Shown: positions 59,378-63,593 of the stretch, piece after piece
How the letters are laid out: every line of letters starts with the position of its first letter
How positions within the stretch are numbered: the first letter of the stretch is position 1
Origin: a virus
Lineage: Duplodnaviria > Caudoviricetes
Strand: one strand, 5' to 3'
Length of the DNA: 63,593 nucleotides
IMG/VR virus record: IMGVR_UViG_3300005581_002829
Coordinates: 1-63,593 of that record
Made by a program: the position numbers and the translations under genes
Notes under the pieces: generated by a model
Database searches by the model: none
Seen by the model: only the letters and a program-made list of their open reading frames with translations
Told to the model about the DNA's origin: nothing

Positions 59378-59706
59378 TATCGTGTTACTCCAGGATTAAT
59401 TGTTACTATACCTTCAGTAATTCTATATGATACATTGCCGATATTTGCCTTTATATCATAAACATATCTTCCCACTTTAAGATTTGCTGTAACATCCGCA
59501 GATAAAGATATCGAAATATTTCCATATGGTGCATTGACAATATTTGATATAAATGTTATTGCATTTGAACTATAGTATGTTTTTCTTAGTTGTGCTTTTA
59601 CATTATACCCAGTTAACGGTATAGGATTTTTATTGATATCCAAATATTGTACATTTGAATAAAAATTTACACCTTGATCTATATTTAAATTTTTTACATC
59701 TGCCAT
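59377..59706 (-). CDS. Conserved virion protein (Ig-like, BppU-N-like)
   Basis: NLNIDQG, GRYVYD, RITEGIVTINPGVT; usual position upstream of gp13. Confidence 0.7.
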   Translation of the reverse strand: MADVKNLNIDQGVNFYSNVQYLDINKNPIPLTGYNVKAQLRKTYYSSNAITFISNIVNAPYGNISISLSADVTANLKVGRYVYDIKANIGNVSYRITEGIVTINPGVTR

Positions 59707-59707
59707 T

Positions 59708-60205
59708 TTATTTAAATCTTCCGTAGTATACTCTGTAGGAAATATTTATTGCGACATCGCCAGCAATAGAATCGTACCCCGATCTATCTATATGTTGATT
59801 GCATACTATTTTTAAATTTCCTTGTTCTTGTACTATATTAAGAATAGAACTTCCTAGATATTCGCCAGAACTTGGTTGTGTTAATTTTCGTAATAAAATA
59901 GAACCTGCTCCGCTTGTAACCAAATTGCTAGTATATGCTTCACCTGCATCTATTTTATAAAATGGCATTATAAAACTATCCTCTTTATTTATGGATAGAT
60001 TAACATTGGTGAGATTTGCAACTTCATCTACTCTATTAACTATTGCATATCTAGAACTAGCATTCGCGTTTAATACTATAGGTATAGAAGCAGTGCCAGT
60101 AATATCATGTATAATGTGAGGCATTCTTTTACTAAGAGTAAACTTAGTTTCCCCTGAAAAGTTTTTAATAGTAAAAACATCATTTTTATTAAATGATATA
60201 CCCAT
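59708..60205 (-). CDS. Hypothetical structural-region protein
   Basis: Coupled ORF, beta-rich composition. Confidence 0.55.
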   Translation of the reverse strand: MGISFNKNDVFTIKNFSGETKFTLSKRMPHIIHDITGTASIPIVLNANASSRYAIVNRVDEVANLTNVNLSINKEDSFIMPFYKIDAGEAYTSNLVTSGAGSILLRKLTQPSSGEYLGSSILNIVQEQGNLKIVCNQHIDRSGYDSIAGDVAINISYRVYYGRFK

Positions 60206-61350
60206 TATTGTATTCCTAAATATAACACATTACCTGATACATTTACATCGCCATTAATATAATACGCCTGTGTATTAAATTTGTAAGTTAAAATTTTACC
60301 ATTTGCTGCAATAGTGTTGTCTCTTGGCCATAATATATAAGTATTGCTTGCAGTTATAAAATTATATCTTTCATCATATAATCCTCCATTTAGGGGATTG
60401 TAATTACTTGCAGATTCAAAAGTTCTGCCTTGAGAATACCCAGTTGTTATATAATGTATTGTTGCAGAATAAGTATCATATCCGTAAATTTGTTTTAGAT
60501 CAGAATATTTATTCAAATATGATATTGGATTAAATGTTATTACTCTACCTTCAGCTGCAGAATTACTTGCATAATGTGCTTGACCTAATGTATAGTCTAT
60601 ACCAAACAAGGTAATTAAATCTGGGTAACTTGCAATATATCTTAGAGCATCTTCCTCGGAAATATAAAATACATTAATAGGTAGAACCCCAGATGTTCCT
60701 GCCGGTTCGCCTGGAATACTTTGTACATAAGTAGAAGGATCAGCCGCAGATGCAGATGATCTTATTTCTTCCCCACCTGTTAAATTACGTAAGGCAATAT
60801 TTAATCCCGACGGAGTATATACATATTTACCGTCAACAATAGATGCAGTATATAGTAAATTTTTGCTTATTTCAATTGCATATAGTCCTTGGTCAAACGA
60901 TGCTTTATACCCATATTTAGATCCGAGTAATTCCCAATTGTATATTGTGTATCTTGTTATTTTTCTTATAACACCGGTAAAAGATATATTTGCAGAATCT
61001 ATAAAAAAACTAAAAAATCCTGTTCGTATCGGAGGTTTATCCACAAATAATAGATTGACATAATTATCGCTACTCAATGTACCATCCATAGAGTAATTTT
61101 CTACAAACGGTCCTGATACTGGAGGTTTAGGGCCTAATGCTTCTCTTGTAGCAATTTTAGAATAATCTGTAATTACTCTACCTGTATCTGTTTCTTGATA
61201 AATTCTAAGCTGAGGGGAATATAATACTTTAGTGTAAACTAAATCTTCGATTGCCTGTTGACTTAAATTTTTAAAGATATATGTTTTACTTGAACTAAAA
61301 GTATTTCCAAATTCAACAACATCTGAGGAAAGATATAAAAGATTTGCCAT
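60205..61350 (-). CDS. Hypothetical protein with two 'Y-x-x-x-Y-x-DL...HY...EGR/QGR' repeats
   Basis: YIASYPDL...AHY...EGR and YLNKYSDL...IHY...QGR. Confidence 0.6.
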   Translation of the reverse strand: MANLLYLSSDVVEFGNTFSSSKTYIFKNLSQQAIEDLVYTKVLYSPQLRIYQETDTGRVITDYSKIATREALGPKPPVSGPFVENYSMDGTLSSDNYVNLLFVDKPPIRTGFFSFFIDSANISFTGVIRKITRYTIYNWELLGSKYGYKASFDQGLYAIEISKNLLYTASIVDGKYVYTPSGLNIALRNLTGGEEIRSSASAADPSTYVQSIPGEPAGTSGVLPINVFYISEEDALRYIASYPDLITLFGIDYTLGQAHYASNSAAEGRVITFNPISYLNKYSDLKQIYGYDTYSATIHYITTGYSQGRTFESASNYNPLNGGLYDERYNFITASNTYILWPRDNTIAANGKILTYKFNTQAYYINGDVNVSGNVLYLGIQ

Positions 61351-61351
61351 G

Positions 61352-61846
61352 TTAAATTGCCGGTACTTCTGCGCTATTAGAAAATGCTAAAATAGAAAAT
61401 CTTCTTGTTATTGCAGGTAAATTACTATCTTTGGTATAGTATTTTTCTTTAATATAAAATTTTGTAGAATCCATTAATAAAGAAATGTTTCTATAAGATA
61501 CACTATCTACTACTTGTATAAAATTTCCAGAATTAATAGATTCTCTAGTATCACTATCTATTAATATTGCAACAGGAGTATATCCTAAATTATGAAATGC
61601 AACAGTTGTAATTTTATCTCCAAAATTTTCAGAACCGGTTGCTTGTACAAAACTAAAATTTTGTGTAAAGGTTGTTTGCCAAATAGTATTTAAATACTTA
61701 AATCTGGTGTCTAAATATATTCTATCTAAATAATCATACGGGGAAGTTAACGGAAGATTAGAGCCTTCTTCGCCGGTTGGATTATTAAAAATAGATACAA
61801 TGGCATTACCAGAAACATTGCCCGCCCAAAGAACATTTGTAGACAT
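61352..61846 (-). CDS. Hypothetical structural-region protein
   Basis: ORF with HNLGYTP motif typical of fibre-associated proteins. Confidence 0.55.
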   Translation of the reverse strand: MSTNVLWAGNVSGNAIVSIFNNPTGEEGSNLPLTSPYDYLDRIYLDTRFKYLNTIWQTTFTQNFSFVQATGSENFGDKITTVAFHNLGYTPVAILIDSDTRESINSGNFIQVVDSVSYRNISLLMDSTKFYIKEKYYTKDSNLPAITRRFSILAFSNSAEVPAI

Positions 61847-61849
61847 ATA

Positions 61850-63460
61850 TTATAATTCAATTCTAATATATTTACTATTTAAATCTATAATCATTTTCCC
61901 ATCCAAAGATTGCAAAATGCCTGAAGTTATATTACCTGCATTTGTAGATAATTCTGACAAACTATTTGCTAAAATTTTACTTATGGATATTGTATTTGGG
62001 GCTAATTGAGCACTGGTAATAGTACCTAAAATTATTTTACCACCACTAATAGAATTGCTCGCAATTTCTCTATCTGTAATAACTCCTGTTTGTATTTTTG
62101 CAGATGTTATAGAATTTGCTAATATTTTCGCAGCAGTTACTGCACCGTCTGCTAATTCTCTAGTATTAATAGTATTACTTACTAGTCTTGAACCTGTTAT
62201 AGTATTTGCTAAAATTTTAGTATTTGTTACTGCATTTACTGCAAGTTCTGTATTACTTACTTGTCCTGCAGTTAATACTATATTTGTAATTGTATTTGCA
62301 GCGCCGGGCGTAAATAAATCCCAACTTGTTTTCGTAGTATTTAAAATATAAGTTTTGTCACTTACAATAATTAAATCGCCGCTGTTATAGTATGTAACAT
62401 CTGCAGGTAAACTTGCTAAAGTTTTTATTGAAGCAGTTCTTGCATTTGCTGTATATTGATATAATGTATTCCACGTATTTCCATTATGTACATATAAATC
62501 TGCCCCTGCTCCAGTTTTTCTGTATAATTCTCCTATATTAGCAGTCGCAGGTAAAGTGCCACTAGAACTAACTCCGCCACTTGTTCCAGAAGAACTTACA
62601 TAATCGCTCAATAATTCCCAAGCACCACTTATAAAAATATATGCAATACTTCCTACGACAACTGTTCTTCCCGAATAATTACTTGCATCTCCCACTGAGG
62701 GTAAAGATGCTAACACATCTAATCCCGAAGGAGCACTTGAAGTAATTAAACTAGATAAAGTTTTCCATGCTCCAGATAAAAATGCATATACTACAGCATT
62801 TCCTGTTTCATAAAATAATGTACCTTCGGGCGCAGTTGAGGGTTTTAGAAGACCTATAGAAAATGCTTGATCTCCCCTAAATCTTACCCATCTAAAATCT
62901 GAACCAGCGGCTCTTGCTATTGTCGGATTTGATCCTAGTCCTGCTCCATTTCCTACCGGGTAATTAGAATAAGTCCAAATGTCGCCAATATAGAACGCAA
63001 TTCTTCCTGCATAATTTCCTGTAGTTGGTAATGCTGCTACTACAGGAATACCATTAACGGTAACAGATACATTACTGTTGCCGGTTGATACTACAATATT
63101 TGCAGCACTAACTCCCCCAGTAAAAGTATTTAATTGTGCTTGAACATATGATTGTGTAGCAAGAGGGGCAGCTAACCAAGATATAGTTCCATCATTATTT
63201 AATTCTAAAGAATCAACCCCATTTAATGAGAATGCGATTATACCAGAATTTTTATGAAACATTCCAGTATCTCTGTCACCCTCCCAAGTATATCCGGGTA
63301 ATAATTTTCCGTCTTCACCATAAGTAACAACTTGACCATTGTTATATAAGGATGAAATACTTGTGTTTATTTTTTCAAAGGCTGTTCGAAGTAAATCTCC
63401 GTCCCCAGTATCAGCGGCGGTTCCTAAATTTACATTTGATGAATTTTTAGATGTTGTCAT
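61850..63460 (-). CDS. Tail fibre-like virion protein
   Basis: N-terminal GTAADTGDGDLLRTAFEKIN anchor motif, G/S/T-rich domains, C-terminal 10-residue (AVTxxKI) repeats. Confidence 0.75.
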   Translation of the reverse strand: MTTSKNSSNVNLGTAADTGDGDLLRTAFEKINTSISSLYNNGQVVTYGEDGKLLPGYTWEGDRDTGMFHKNSGIIAFSLNGVDSLELNNDGTISWLAAPLATQSYVQAQLNTFTGGVSAANIVVSTGNSNVSVTVNGIPVVAALPTTGNYAGRIAFYIGDIWTYSNYPVGNGAGLGSNPTIARAAGSDFRWVRFRGDQAFSIGLLKPSTAPEGTLFYETGNAVVYAFLSGAWKTLSSLITSSAPSGLDVLASLPSVGDASNYSGRTVVVGSIAYIFISGAWELLSDYVSSSGTSGGVSSSGTLPATANIGELYRKTGAGADLYVHNGNTWNTLYQYTANARTASIKTLASLPADVTYYNSGDLIIVSDKTYILNTTKTSWDLFTPGAANTITNIVLTAGQVSNTELAVNAVTNTKILANTITGSRLVSNTINTRELADGAVTAAKILANSITSAKIQTGVITDREIASNSISGGKIILGTITSAQLAPNTISISKILANSLSELSTNAGNITSGILQSLDGKMIIDLNSKYIRIEL

Positions 63461-63464
63461 ACTT

Positions 63465-63593
63465 TTAACTTATGTTAAGGTGATTTTTAATTTTTATGAG
63501 CTCTTCTTTTAACATATTTATTTCACCTTTTAAATCTTGTATTGTTTTCATTTGTTTCTTCTTTTGTTTATACTCATTCAAAGCTACCATGTC
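63465..63593 (-). CDS. Partial small coiled-coil protein (5' end outside window)
   Basis: Read manually: ...ALNEYKQKKKQMKTIQDLKGEINMLKEELIKIKNHLNIS*. Confidence 0.6.
   Translation of the reverse strand, partial: DMVALNEYKQKKKQMKTIQDLKGEINMLKEELIKIKNHLNIS

Noticed and set aside
61900-62260. Periodic DNA pattern at the 3' end of the fibre gene as a DGR or VNTR
   Set aside because: Explained by degenerate 10-residue protein repeats; no reverse transcriptase or TR/VR pair seen
516-62351. All plus-strand ORFs in the supplied track
   Set aside because: They are short, lie antisense to clearly identifiable minus-strand genes and show no recognisable motifs; treated as shadow ORFs
1-63593. CRISPR arrays, tRNAs, introns/inteins, homing endonucleases, alternative genetic code
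   Set aside because: No spaced repeats or cloverleafs noticed in the short intergenic gaps; core genes have normal uninterrupted lengths in the standard code. By-eye check only

Overview
A 63.6-kb AT-rich segment of a T4-like myophage genome with essentially all genes on the minus strand. Read in transcription order (right to left) it contains: (1) fibre/neck/tail/head genes (gp13-gp23, gp3), with a glycosyltransferase inserted between gp15 and gp16 and a large repeat insertion in the tail sheath; (2) uvsY, uvsW and gp55; (3) a 7-deazaguanine DNA-modification cluster (mazG, queE, folE, class I GATase-like protein, exonuclease, GT, dpdA/TGT-like, DpdL-like T-fold protein, GT, galE, queD; no queC in the window), with a preQ1-riboswitch-like pseudoknot in front of queD; (4) gp47/gp46, a 2OG-Fe(II) oxygenase and CobT/CobS-like genes; (5) an ~18.5-kb sugar island behind a T4 late promoter, encoding a GDP-colitose/fucose route, a 3,6-dideoxy/branched-chain route with an aldolase and a dehydroquinate-synthase-like cyclase, and several glycosyltransferases; (6) gp45/gp44/gp62/regA and Hsp20. 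The best candidates for new biology are a possibly glycosylated, RNA-regulated deazaguanine modification system and a phage-encoded branched or carbocyclic sugar pathway, possibly for virion glycosylation. All calls come from motif recognition by eye; no searches were run.
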